64,000 nt of DNA from Terriglobales bacterium (GCA_035631655.1 DASQIH010000127.1:6789-70788); one strand, 5' to 3'. Numbered from the stretch's first letter, positions 38,664-47,964 are shown. The notes: generated from the sequence alone by a model not told the origin. Numbers and translations: made by a program.

Positions 38664-39320
38664 TCACCTGACTAGAATCTCGAGTCTGGGGGACCGATCT
38701 CCATCGCTGCGGATGATCACTTGATTCAATTCCCGCACCACCGCATCCGCCTTCGAGAGTTCAGCCGCAGGATACGTGCTGGTCAGCCCAATTGCCTTCA
38801 TCCCGGCCGCATGTGCCGAACGGATACCCTGCGGCGCATCTTCGATCACCAGGCACTCGGCCGGATCGACGCCCAGCCCGCGCGCACCCTTCAAATAAGG
38901 TTCGGGATGGGGCTTGCCTTCCCTGACGTCGTCGGCGGAAACTAGGATCTTCGGAATGGGCAGCCGGGCATGACGCAGCCTTGAGGTCGCGAGGTAATTC
39001 GTTCCCGACGTCACCACGCACCACTGACCCTCCGGAATCGCAGCAAGCAACGCGGCCGCGCCCGGCATCACGTTGACGCCATCCGTATCATCTGCTTCTC
39101 GCTTTTCGATCTTGCGCACCTCGGCTTCGGGATCAAGATGCGGCGCAAGAATCCGCACCACCTCGATGGTGCGGCGGCCGTGGGCAATCTCCAACACGCT
39201 TTCGGGAGGGACTCTGATTTCGTCCGCCCAAAGGCGCCACTGCCGTTCAACAGAATGTGTCGAATCGACAAGTACACCATCGAGATCAAACAGAATGGCG
39301 GAACATTGGAATAGCGGCAT
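38664..39320 (-). CDS. HAD-superfamily hydrolase (beta-phosphoglucomutase/phosphatase-like)
   Basis: ILFDLDGVLVDS (motif I), VVTSGT (motif II), and K...EDAPQGIRSA (motifs III/IV). Confidence 0.75.
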   Translation of the reverse strand: MPLFQCSAILFDLDGVLVDSTHSVERQWRLWADEIRVPPESVLEIAHGRRTIEVVRILAPHLDPEAEVRKIEKREADDTDGVNVMPGAAALLAAIPEGQWCVVTSGTNYLATSRLRHARLPIPKILVSADDVREGKPHPEPYLKGARGLGVDPAECLVIEDAPQGIRSAHAAGMKAIGLTSTYPAAELSKADAVVRELNQVIIRSDGDRSPRLEILVR

Positions 39321-39340
39321 GGAATCCGGACTCTCTCATC

Positions 39341-39388
39341 TTCATCGTGAGCGAAGCGAAGGATCTAGAGTTGGTGTCGTCGCTCACC
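39341..39388 (+). repeat. repeat family A variant
   Basis: TTCATCGTGAGCGAAGCGAAGGATCTAGAG followed by the partial complement GTCGTCGCTCAC. Confidence 0.6.
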
Positions 39389-39807
39389 GCAGTCACCTGA
39401 GCGGCTAAAGCCGGTTCCTTTCGGGGATGGATTTTGCAGGCCAAAGGCCCTGCTCCACCCTTCTCGAGGGCATCGCTCTGTGCTCGTTGACAATTCGTAT
39501 CGGATGTCACAAATCAAAACAGCGGCGGATCCTGGTGTGAGCCTAAGAAAGCAGCAGGATCGTTCTCCAGCAGGGTGGCGCAGGGCCTTCGGCCCTGCAT
39601 TCCCATGCCAAGAATTGGAACAGGCTTTAGCCGCAGCAAGTCCTGTTCGCGATGAGCGCTCTTCATAACTCAGGGTAAAGCCGCACCTCGCAGGACCTCA
39701 GCGGCCCCTTCGACTTCGTTCGGGGCCCCTTCTGAAGGCGTACCTCCCAAAGACTCTTTGCGGAACTAGTTCTAGGCATCCCTCTTTAGTGACAGCATGT
39801 TTTTCGC

Positions 39808-40506
39808 TCACGGTGACAATATGGGAGGCTGGTAAAGGACCAACGACGCTTGGGCGGTTGAAAGCTGTCGCCGAAGGGCGAGATGTTTCTGGCGGAAGTG
39901 CGCTTGCGCCCGCTGCCCCCAAGCGCGCACGAAATAGTAATTGAGACCGGCGCCAATGACGGAGCTGGCGATCGGGATGACGCGTCCCGCCCACTTCTCG
40001 ACTACTTCGCTGCTGGCCTGCACGGCAATGCGCTGGATCACCCGCGGCACAAATCGGTTGACGACTTCCTTCTCCAGCAACTCCCGGCTGATGTCGACGC
40101 CGGCGGCGCTGGCCGCCGCCACCCAGAGTTCCGCGATTTCATCATCCGTGTTGTACTCGAACCCGTAGAGCAGGCTCAGCTTCTGGACCGTGCGCAAGGT
40201 GATCGCTGCCAGGATGCTGAGGTCGGGAATGATGGTGATGAGTCCAGCAATGCCAAGACCCGCTCCCTCGACGGCAGCGACTTTCATCCCCCCACGAATC
40301 GTGTCACTGGCAACATCGTCCAACCGCCCTAAATCCACCGAGAACAGGCCGTGGAAGCTGCTGATCGGCAGCCCATGCGCCGCCTGCAACTGTAACAAGT
40401 ATTTCCCCGGGTCAACCTTGACCGTATCGTAGGCACGCGTGAATCCCCGCCGGAGTGCTTCTTCCGCGCGCCGGGCAAGCCACGAATGCTTCGACGGTTC
40501 CACCAT
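39808..40506 (-). CDS. EcsC-family protein
   Basis: AAVEGAGLGIAGLITIIPDLSILAAITLRTVQKLSLLYGF and the later NYYFVRAWG match my memory of the EcsC family. Confidence 0.55.
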   Translation of the reverse strand: MVEPSKHSWLARRAEEALRRGFTRAYDTVKVDPGKYLLQLQAAHGLPISSFHGLFSVDLGRLDDVASDTIRGGMKVAAVEGAGLGIAGLITIIPDLSILAAITLRTVQKLSLLYGFEYNTDDEIAELWVAAASAAGVDISRELLEKEVVNRFVPRVIQRIAVQASSEVVEKWAGRVIPIASSVIGAGLNYYFVRAWGQRAQAHFRQKHLALRRQLSTAQASLVLYQPPILSP

Positions 40507-40545
40507 CTACAGACCTTACCGCAGAACCGAGCCACAAGCCAACTG

Positions 40546-40580
40546 GGTACTCGGTACCAGGTACCAGGTACTAGCTACTC
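40546..40580 (+). repeat. period-7 tandem array D3
   Basis: GGTACTC GGTACCA GGTACCA GGTACTA GCTACTC, in the divergent ecsC/rnj spacer. Confidence 0.7.
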
Positions 40581-40604
40581 CTGTGCTAGCATCAGGTATT
40601 CCCG

Positions 40605-42269
40605 ATGCCAACTGGCAAGCTGCAAATCGTGCCCCTGGGCGGCCTGGGCGAGTTCGGAATGAACTGCATGGCCGTGCACTGGGGTGACGACATCATCGTC
40701 ATCGATGCCGGGCTCATGTTCCCCGAGGCGGAACTGCTGGGCGTGGACATCGTCGTTCCCGACATCTCCTACCTGGTCGAGAATCGTCAGAGGGTTCGCG
40801 CCATCGTGCTCACTCACGGCCACGAAGACCACATCGGCGCGCTGCCGTGGATATTGTCGGAATTAAACGTGCCCGTCTGGGGAACGGAATTCACCCTCGC
40901 TTATGTCGAGGACAAACTCGAAGAGCATCAACTGCTGGACGAGGCAGACCTCCGCGAGATTCGTCCCGGGGATCGTTTCCGCATCGGCCCTTTCACGATT
41001 CATCCCATCCAGGTAACCCATAGCCTAGTGGATTGCGTCGCGCTGGCGATTCACACACCGTTGGGAGTCGTTATCCACACGGGGGATTTCAAGGTCGATC
41101 CAACGCCCACGGACACGCGCCTCTTTGATCTGCATTCCTTTGCGGAATATGGCAAAGAAGGCGTCCTCGCGTTATTGCAGGACTCGACCAACGTCGAGCG
41201 CAAGGGCTACACCCCCAGCGAACGCGCCGTACGCCGCAAGTTCGACGAGGTCTTTGCCCGCACCCAGCGGCGCCTCTTTATCTCCTGTTTTTCCTCTTCG
41301 ATTCACCGCATCAAGGTGGCCGTGGAACTTGCCCATGAGCACGGGCGCAAGGTGGCCTTCATCGGCCGTTCCATGGCCAGCTCGGCCGAGATCGCGGAAG
41401 ATCTCGGGTACATTGAAATCCCCGATGGCCTGCTGATTCATCCCGGCGAAATGAAGAACTTCGCTCCGGAGAAAGTGTGCGTGCTGATCAGCGGAACCCA
41501 GGGCGAGCCCATGTCCGCGCTGTCTCGCGCCGCGGTAGACAATCACAAGCACGCCAAAATCGAGAAAGGCGACACGGTCGTGTTGTCGTCGCGCATCATC
41601 CCGGGCAACGAAAAGACCATTTACCGCATGATCGACCACCTGTTCCGCCGCGAAGCGCATGTCATCTACGAAGACGGTTCCTCTCCGCCGGTGCATGTCA
41701 GCGGCCATGCCAGCCAGGAAGAATTGAAGCTGATCATGAACCTGGTCAAGCCTCGTTACTTCATCCCCATTCACGGTGAGTACCGGCAACTGAAGCTGCA
41801 CGCCGAGCTGGCGGCTTCCATGCACGGATCGGTGGGCAGTGTCATTCTGATCGAAAGCGGCGATATCCTGGAGTTCGACGAACTCGGCGCCCGCAAGGTT
41901 GGCCGCGTGAACGTAGGCCGGGTCTGCATCGATTCCGGCTCCCGTACCGATGTCGTCGAGGACCTGATCATCAAAGACCGGCGCCACCTGAGCGAAGACG
42001 GAATTGTTCTACCGATCATCGCGATCAACAAGCTGACCGGCCGGGTGGAAACCAGCCCGGAGATCGTGACTCGCGGCTTCGCGCCCGGAGAGGACGGCTT
42101 TATGGACGGAGCGCGCCAGACGGTTATGCAGACGCTGGACATCTCCAGTGACGAGGAAAAAGCCGACTATGGTGTGATCAAGGAAAAGATTCGCGCCGAT
42201 TTGAAGCGCTACATTTCAAAACAAACGCAGCGAAGGCCGCTGATCATGCCGGTCATTTTGGAAATCTAG
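40605..42269 (+). CDS. rnj: ribonuclease J
   Basis: LQIVPLGGLGEFGMNCM, the metallo-beta-lactamase motif THGHEDHIG, beta-CASP, HVSGHASQEEL and a C-terminal domain. 554 aa. Confidence 0.9.
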   Translation: MPTGKLQIVPLGGLGEFGMNCMAVHWGDDIIVIDAGLMFPEAELLGVDIVVPDISYLVENRQRVRAIVLTHGHEDHIGALPWILSELNVPVWGTEFTLAYVEDKLEEHQLLDEADLREIRPGDRFRIGPFTIHPIQVTHSLVDCVALAIHTPLGVVIHTGDFKVDPTPTDTRLFDLHSFAEYGKEGVLALLQDSTNVERKGYTPSERAVRRKFDEVFARTQRRLFISCFSSSIHRIKVAVELAHEHGRKVAFIGRSMASSAEIAEDLGYIEIPDGLLIHPGEMKNFAPEKVCVLISGTQGEPMSALSRAAVDNHKHAKIEKGDTVVLSSRIIPGNEKTIYRMIDHLFRREAHVIYEDGSSPPVHVSGHASQEELKLIMNLVKPRYFIPIHGEYRQLKLHAELAASMHGSVGSVILIESGDILEFDELGARKVGRVNVGRVCIDSGSRTDVVEDLIIKDRRHLSEDGIVLPIIAINKLTGRVETSPEIVTRGFAPGEDGFMDGARQTVMQTLDISSDEEKADYGVIKEKIRADLKRYISKQTQRRPLIMPVILEI

Positions 42270-42273
42270 TCAG

Positions 42274-42304
42274 CCACGGATTTCCACGGATGCACACCGA
42301 TTCC
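42274..42304 (+). repeat. short tandem word repeat D5 (9-10 nt period)
   Basis: CCACGGATTT CCACGGATG CACACCGATT CC, directly after the rnj stop. Confidence 0.55.
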
Positions 42305-42391
42305 GACAACTGAGAGCTGTGCACAAAAATTGGAGATACCCCGATCGTATCGCTAGAAGACATCAAACAAGCGCAATCGCGCCTACGCGGC

Positions 42392-43330
42392 GTGACCGTC
42401 CGCACTCCGCTGGTGCAGTCGCGCATTCACGAACGTAATGGCTTGCGCGATGAGCGCCGCTTGTACTTGAAAACGGAGAACCTCCAACCCATTGGCGCCT
42501 TCAAACTGCGCGGCGCCTACAACAAGATCGTTTCTCTCTCCGACAAGGAAGCTGCGCGCGGCGTGATCACCTACTCCAGCGGAAATCATGCGCAGGGTGT
42601 CGCCTATGCGGCCCGCGCCTTAGGGGTAAAGGCGATTGTGGTCATGCCACGCAACGCTCCCGAAATCAAACGCGAAGCTACTGTCAGCATGGGAGCGGAA
42701 ACCGTTCTGGTGGGGCCGGGTAGTGACGAACGCAAAGCCAAGGCCGAGGAACTCGCCGACCAGCATGGATACATCATCGTCCCCCCTTACAACGACGAAA
42801 GAATCATCGCTGGCCAAGGCACCATGGCGCTGGAGATCCTGGAGAAGTTGCCGCAAGTGGAAACGGTAATTGTGCCGGTGGGCGGCGGAGGCATGATCAG
42901 CGGTGTCGCCACGGCTATCAAGCTCAGCAAACCGTCGGTCAGAGTCATCGGCGTGGAACCGGAACTCGCCGCCGACGCGCAAGCGAGTTTGCGCTCCGGA
43001 AAAATCGTTCAGTTTCCTGCCGAGCAGGTTTCGCGCACGGCTGCCGATGGGCTGCGTACCCAAAGCATCGGGGAAATTAATTTCCAGCATATTCGTCAAT
43101 ACGTCGACGACATTGTCACGGTAAGCGAGGGTGAGATCGAGGAAGCGATGCGCCGCCTCGCCACCAATCCGAAGACTCTAGCCGAACCGAGCGGCGCGGT
43201 CGCGGTGGCCGCCTTCCTGTTCCGTCGCGATGATTTGCCGCGAACCAAGGTGAATGTTGCGATCATCAGCGGTGGCAACATCGCGCCGGACTTGCTGGCG
43301 GAACTGAAGGCCCAGGCGCATCAAAACTAA
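42392..43330 (+). CDS. threonine/serine dehydratase (PLP fold type II); true start probably upstream at a non-canonical codon
   Basis: FKLRGAYN (Lys-PLP), SSGNHAQGVA and GGGGMISG. The in-frame sequence upstream of GTG 42392 encodes the conserved N-terminal helix (see findings). Confidence 0.8.
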   Translation: MTVRTPLVQSRIHERNGLRDERRLYLKTENLQPIGAFKLRGAYNKIVSLSDKEAARGVITYSSGNHAQGVAYAARALGVKAIVVMPRNAPEIKREATVSMGAETVLVGPGSDERKAKAEELADQHGYIIVPPYNDERIIAGQGTMALEILEKLPQVETVIVPVGGGGMISGVATAIKLSKPSVRVIGVEPELAADAQASLRSGKIVQFPAEQVSRTAADGLRTQSIGEINFQHIRQYVDDIVTVSEGEIEEAMRRLATNPKTLAEPSGAVAVAAFLFRRDDLPRTKVNVAIISGGNIAPDLLAELKAQAHQN

Positions 43331-43357
43331 TTGAACAAACATGGGGAGGTTGGCAGT

Positions 43358-44332
43358 ATGAAGCCTTATCGCTGGCTCGGCCATGGACTGCTGGCGATCG
43401 TATTGTGCTCAGCGGCCTTTGCCGCCGAGCGTGCCGCGCTGGTGCGCGAGGCGGTAGTCTATCTGACGCCAGACACCAGTTCCGCCAAACTCGCCAACGC
43501 GGAACGAGGCCGCGAACTCATCATTCTGGAGAGCACGCGCAATTGGGTGCATGTGGAGGCCCTCCTCGGGCCCGCCCGCACGCCGGACGCCGCCTTCATT
43601 GAAGATGACGAGAACGCGCAGAAAACCGTGACCGGCTGGGTCCTCGACAAAGGCGTGGTACGCCCCTCAACGCCCGACGGAGACAAGATCCTGTATGGCG
43701 AAGCCGCCGATTCCGAGGACCAGGCCAGCCGCCGCCATGGCCGCCGCGGCGCCGCCCAGGATGCCATGCGCCTTTATCGTCGAGTCTATGATGATTTCCC
43801 CAACTCGCCTCTAGCACCCCAAGCTCTGTATCGCGCGGCTGATATCCGATGGCAATTGGAAAAGGAAGATGTCATGTCGCGGCCCTCTGCCAGAACCAGA
43901 GAAGCCTTTCTGCGCGAAGGGATGAACGAAGAATGGATGAAGCTGGTTATCAAGAAATTTCCCGGTACCCGCTGGGCTGACTTGGCCGCCTTTAGCTTGC
44001 TGGATAACAAATTGTGTGGCGACTGGCAGGGCTCCTCGAAGTGTCCCGACAAAGAAGCCGACATTTATGAAAAGTACGCCAACGAGCGCCCGAATTCGCT
44101 CGCTGCTGCACAGGCCTTGTACGACGCCGCCTGGCGCCGTTCGGCTCTGATTGAGATCTACAAGACCGAAGAGCAGGCAAAGAAGTCAGAGGAATCGAAA
44201 AATCGGGCCCTAGCTCTTGCCCAAAAGGTAGTCAGCCAATATGCGCAGCAGACGGACTGGGCGACTCGGGCACAGCGCCTGATTTATTTGATACAGCAAA
44301 ACGTCCCCACATACGGCAACGCGGCGGAATGA
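43358..44332 (+). CDS. secreted protein with SH3b-like N-domain and TPR/BamD-like helical repeats (function unknown)
   Basis: ATG 43358 has GGGGAGG 8 nt upstream. Signal peptide LLAIVLCSAAFA. Helical repeats with FPNSPLAPQALYRAA and ERPNSLAAAQALYDAA. Confidence 0.45.
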   Translation: MKPYRWLGHGLLAIVLCSAAFAAERAALVREAVVYLTPDTSSAKLANAERGRELIILESTRNWVHVEALLGPARTPDAAFIEDDENAQKTVTGWVLDKGVVRPSTPDGDKILYGEAADSEDQASRRHGRRGAAQDAMRLYRRVYDDFPNSPLAPQALYRAADIRWQLEKEDVMSRPSARTREAFLREGMNEEWMKLVIKKFPGTRWADLAAFSLLDNKLCGDWQGSSKCPDKEADIYEKYANERPNSLAAAQALYDAAWRRSALIEIYKTEEQAKKSEESKNRALALAQKVVSQYAQQTDWATRAQRLIYLIQQNVPTYGNAAE

Positions 44333-44335
44333 CCT

Positions 44336-44388
44336 GTGTGGAGGCGGGTCTCTGACCCGCCCGGACGGGGCGAAGCCCCGTCCCCACA
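44336..44388 (+). repeat. repeat family B, full double-hairpin copy
   Basis: GTGTGGAGGCGGGTCTCTGACCCGCCCGGACGGGGCGAAGCCCCGTCCCCACA. Two GC hairpins are closed by TGTGG/CCACA. Confidence 0.75.
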
Positions 44389-44411
44389 AATGACTTCGCG
44401 TCGGAGGAAGA

Positions 44412-45308
44412 TTGAACGACTACCTGCTGTCCGTGATACTGGGCATCATTGAAGGCCTAACCGAATTTCTACCTGTCAGTTCCACCGCCCACCTGCGCAT
44501 TGCCGAGGCCCTCTTCAACATTAACCTGGCAGACGGCTACTGGAAGATGTACACCATCGTCATTCAACTGGGCGCCATTCTGTGCTTGCCGGTGTATTTT
44601 CGGGCGCGCATCCAGAAATTCCTCTCCACTTTTCCGGAAGGTGAGAACCGGGACCGAAACGCACTCACTCATCCGCTCGGGTTAACCATTGTGGCCTTCG
44701 TGGTCACTGCCATTCCCGCATTTCTGCTGACCAAGACCATCGGCAAGCACCTGGAGAGTCTCTACATCATGGGTTGTTCCCTGCTGATCGGCGGCATCGT
44801 GATGTGGATCGTGGACGCCCTGAAGGCGTCTTGGGAAGCCAAGGGGCCAGGCGCCCCCGGCACTCCGATTCACACCTGGAGAATGGAAAGCATGTCGCTG
44901 GGCCAATCCACCTGGATTGGCGCCTGCCAGATTCTTTCGGCCGTTTTTCCCGGGACCTCGCGATCCATGTCCACCATCGCGGCAGGTCAACTGGCGGGCA
45001 TGTCCCGAGCGTCGGCCCTGGAATTTTCGTTTTTCCTATCCATTCCGACCATGGTGGTGGCTACCGGTTATGACCTTTGGAAATCACTGCGCGGCAAGGG
45101 TGTTAATCCCATTGGCGTCTCGCAGATCGACGCCCATGGCTGGATTGTGCTGGGGATTGGCTTTGTAGTCTCTTTTATCGTGGCCTACGGCTCGGTAGCC
45201 TGGTTCATGGCCTGGGTGAGGCGTCGCGGATTCACCCCTTTTGCCGTTTACCGGATTCTCATTGGAATTGCCGTATTAGCCTGGGCCAAGGGGATGATCG
45301 GCGCTTGA
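44412..45308 (+). CDS. uppP: undecaprenyl-diphosphate phosphatase
   Basis: GIIEGLTEFLPVSSTAHL and PGTSRS motifs in a multi-TM protein. TTG start. Confidence 0.85.
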   Translation: MNDYLLSVILGIIEGLTEFLPVSSTAHLRIAEALFNINLADGYWKMYTIVIQLGAILCLPVYFRARIQKFLSTFPEGENRDRNALTHPLGLTIVAFVVTAIPAFLLTKTIGKHLESLYIMGCSLLIGGIVMWIVDALKASWEAKGPGAPGTPIHTWRMESMSLGQSTWIGACQILSAVFPGTSRSMSTIAAGQLAGMSRASALEFSFFLSIPTMVVATGYDLWKSLRGKGVNPIGVSQIDAHGWIVLGIGFVVSFIVAYGSVAWFMAWVRRRGFTPFAVYRILIGIAVLAWAKGMIGA

Positions 45309-45340
45309 TGGCTACCTGAGCAAAGTCCAAAGGCAAGGGG

Positions 45341-45397
45341 TCCCTCGACTGCGGAGGACGACAGGGGCGCGTCGTCCTACTTCGCTCGGGATGACAC
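45341..45397 (-). repeat. repeat family A variant, reverse orientation
   Basis: The reverse complement reads TGTCATCCCGAGCGAAGTAGGACGACGCGCCCCTGTCGTCCTCCGCAG..., with an internal hairpin GGACGAC/GTCGTCC. Confidence 0.6.
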
Positions 45398-45588
45398 TAC
45401 TGACACGTAACTCCTTTGTTTACCATGGCCTGGCTTCTAACTGCCGGGCTTGCCCTGAACCAACTCGATACCGCCAGGGAAATCCCGATTGTACCCCCGG
45501 CTTCTTCTTGGCATAATAATTGGGCTCTGGCCTGGTTGCGGCACCGCGGAGGGTCTCTCCCGGCGCGGGGTGCGGGATTTACACCATC

Positions 45589-47943
45589 ATGAGCCTTCTT
45601 TCCAGGATCTTTGTCCCCACCGGCAACCGACGGCTGAATGAGCTGATCGGATTCGTCCTCGGTGTCTGCGCGCTCCTCCTTTTCCTCGCCGTGGTTTCGT
45701 ATTCCCCGCTCGACCCATCCCTGAACAGCGCCTCGGTGCTGACTGACTCGCGGGCGGCACGTAACTGGATCGGGATCGTTGGCGCCATCGCTTCCGATCT
45801 TCTGCTCCAGGTCTTCGGATTAGGCGCATTCCTTCTGCCCGGCCTGGTGGCTGTGCTGGGCATTCGCTGGTTTCGCTCGCGCAAGGTGCAATATCCGTTG
45901 GCCAAGTGCCTGGGCGCGATTTGGCTCCTCATCTTCATTCCGGCATTGCTGGCCCTGCTGCCCTATCACGTGCGCTGGATGAACGTAATCCCCATCGAGG
46001 GACTGCTGGGGCGGGTCGTGGGCGATGTCATGATCCGCTATCTCAATCTCACCGGCGCCTACATTGTGTGCGCGGCAATTCTCGCGGTTGCTCTGTATCT
46101 CTCAACTGCGTTCTCGTTCTCTGCGTTGCAATTCTGGCTGCCCACCCGGTTCGCCTTCGCTATCGCGCTCTGGGAACGGTATAAAGACTGGCGAGAGATG
46201 CGTGCCCGCAAACGGGCGCAAAAGGAACTGGAAAAGAGGCGGGCGGCACGGCCGATGGTCAGCGCTCAACTGGTGCCCGCCAAGGCGCCCGATGCTCCGT
46301 CTCCATCTTCGCCGCCGTCGCGCGTCAAGTCTGGGATCGAGAGAGTAGGGGAGCGCGGAGTCGACGAAATACCAGGTCGACCCGTGGATCTGGCAAGGAC
46401 GCCGGAAGTTATCGAGCGTGCCGACAGCACGCAAAAGCCCAAGACCACGATGCCGAAAATTGCCGACGGCTACAAGTTGCCGCCGAGCAGCCTGCTGCAT
46501 CGGCCCGACGAGCAGCACGCTATTGATGAAGACGAATTGAAACTGCTCGCCAAGGTCCTGACCGAAAAATGTGCCGAGTTCGATGTCCGGGGCCAGGTTA
46601 CTCAAATCAATCCCGGCCCGGTAGTCACGACCTTTGAGTTCAAGCCCGAGGCGGGCATCAAGTACAGCCGGATCACCAATCTCACGGACGACCTCTGCCT
46701 CGGCTTGCGCGCCGAAAGCATCCTGATCGAGCGTATGCCCGGCAAGTCGACCGTCGGCATTCAGGTTCCTAACCGCGAGCGCGAGATCATCTGGCTGCGT
46801 GAAAACATCGAGGCCCAGGAATTCATGGCCTCCAAATCGAAGCTCACGCTCTCTATGGGCAAAGACATCAACGGGCGCATCGTGGTCGCGGACCTGGCGG
46901 GGATGCCGCACCTTCTGATTGCAGGCTCCACCGGAACTGGCAAGAGCGTGGCCATCAACGCCATGATCATGTCGATTCTGTACAAAGCCACACCTGAGCA
47001 GGTGCGGCTGGTGCTGGTCGATCCCAAGCGGCTGGAATTAGGCGTCTACGAAGGCGTGCCCCACCTCTATACGCCGATCATCACTGAGCCCAAAGTCGCC
47101 GCCAACGTGCTGCGCAATGCTGTCCGCGAGATGGAAAGACGGCTGAAGCTGCTGGCCAGCAAAGGCGTGCGTAATATCGACCAGTACAATCGCCTCTTCG
47201 ATGGCGCTGCGACCCCTAGCTTGTTTGAGGAAAATCCCGACGAGCGGCCGTTGTCCTGCATTGTGATCATCATCGATGAATTGGCTGATCTGATGATGCT
47301 CGACCAGAACAATGTAGAAGAATCGATCACGCGCCTCGCGCAAATGGCTCGTGCCGTGGGAATCCATCTGGTGTTAGCGACCCAGCGGCCTTCCGTAGAC
47401 GTAATCACCGGCTTGATTAAGGCCAATTTCCCCGCTCGTGTTTCGTTCCGCGTAGCCACCAAGGTTGATTCCCGCACCATTCTCGATGCCAACGGCGCCG
47501 AGGCCCTACTGGGTCGCGGCGACCTGCTTTACCTCCCGGCGGGGTCAGCGCGCGTGCACCGCCTGCATGCCCCGTTCGTCACGGAAAAGGAGATTGCCGC
47601 GGTAGTGGAATTCTGGCGTTCGCAGGGCACTGCGGAATATCAGGAACAGTTCTTGCAAGCGCCCAAGGAAGAGCACGAAGCGGTAGAGCCCGGGGAACCG
47701 GGCGAAGCCGACGAAGAGGGCGAGCACGATCCGCTCTACGAAGATGCCGTGCGGCTGGTTGTGGAGTTCGGCAAAGCGTCCACTTCCCTGCTTCAAAGAC
47801 GGCTGCGCATCGGCTATGGCCGCGCCGCTCATCTCATCGATCTCATGGAACAGGATGGAATTGTGGGTGCCGCCGACGGGCCCAAACCTCGCGAGGTTCT
47901 GAAGCGCCCTGACTGGATTTCAGAGATCGAGCAGACGAGTTAA
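45589..47943 (+). CDS. ftsK: DNA translocase FtsK
   Basis: N-terminal 4-5 TM helices and a Pro-rich linker. The motor has GSTGTGKSV (Walker A) and IIIDELADLMM (Walker B). The C-terminal gamma wHTH is SLLQRRLRIGYGRAAHLIDLME. Confidence 0.9.
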   Translation: MSLLSRIFVPTGNRRLNELIGFVLGVCALLLFLAVVSYSPLDPSLNSASVLTDSRAARNWIGIVGAIASDLLLQVFGLGAFLLPGLVAVLGIRWFRSRKVQYPLAKCLGAIWLLIFIPALLALLPYHVRWMNVIPIEGLLGRVVGDVMIRYLNLTGAYIVCAAILAVALYLSTAFSFSALQFWLPTRFAFAIALWERYKDWREMRARKRAQKELEKRRAARPMVSAQLVPAKAPDAPSPSSPPSRVKSGIERVGERGVDEIPGRPVDLARTPEVIERADSTQKPKTTMPKIADGYKLPPSSLLHRPDEQHAIDEDELKLLAKVLTEKCAEFDVRGQVTQINPGPVVTTFEFKPEAGIKYSRITNLTDDLCLGLRAESILIERMPGKSTVGIQVPNREREIIWLRENIEAQEFMASKSKLTLSMGKDINGRIVVADLAGMPHLLIAGSTGTGKSVAINAMIMSILYKATPEQVRLVLVDPKRLELGVYEGVPHLYTPIITEPKVAANVLRNAVREMERRLKLLASKGVRNIDQYNRLFDGAATPSLFEENPDERPLSCIVIIIDELADLMMLDQNNVEESITRLAQMARAVGIHLVLATQRPSVDVITGLIKANFPARVSFRVATKVDSRTILDANGAEALLGRGDLLYLPAGSARVHRLHAPFVTEKEIAAVVEFWRSQGTAEYQEQFLQAPKEEHEAVEPGEPGEADEEGEHDPLYEDAVRLVVEFGKASTSLLQRRLRIGYGRAAHLIDLMEQDGIVGAADGPKPREVLKRPDWISEIEQTS

Positions 47944-47964
47944 CTGGGTCTATAGATCGGAAAA

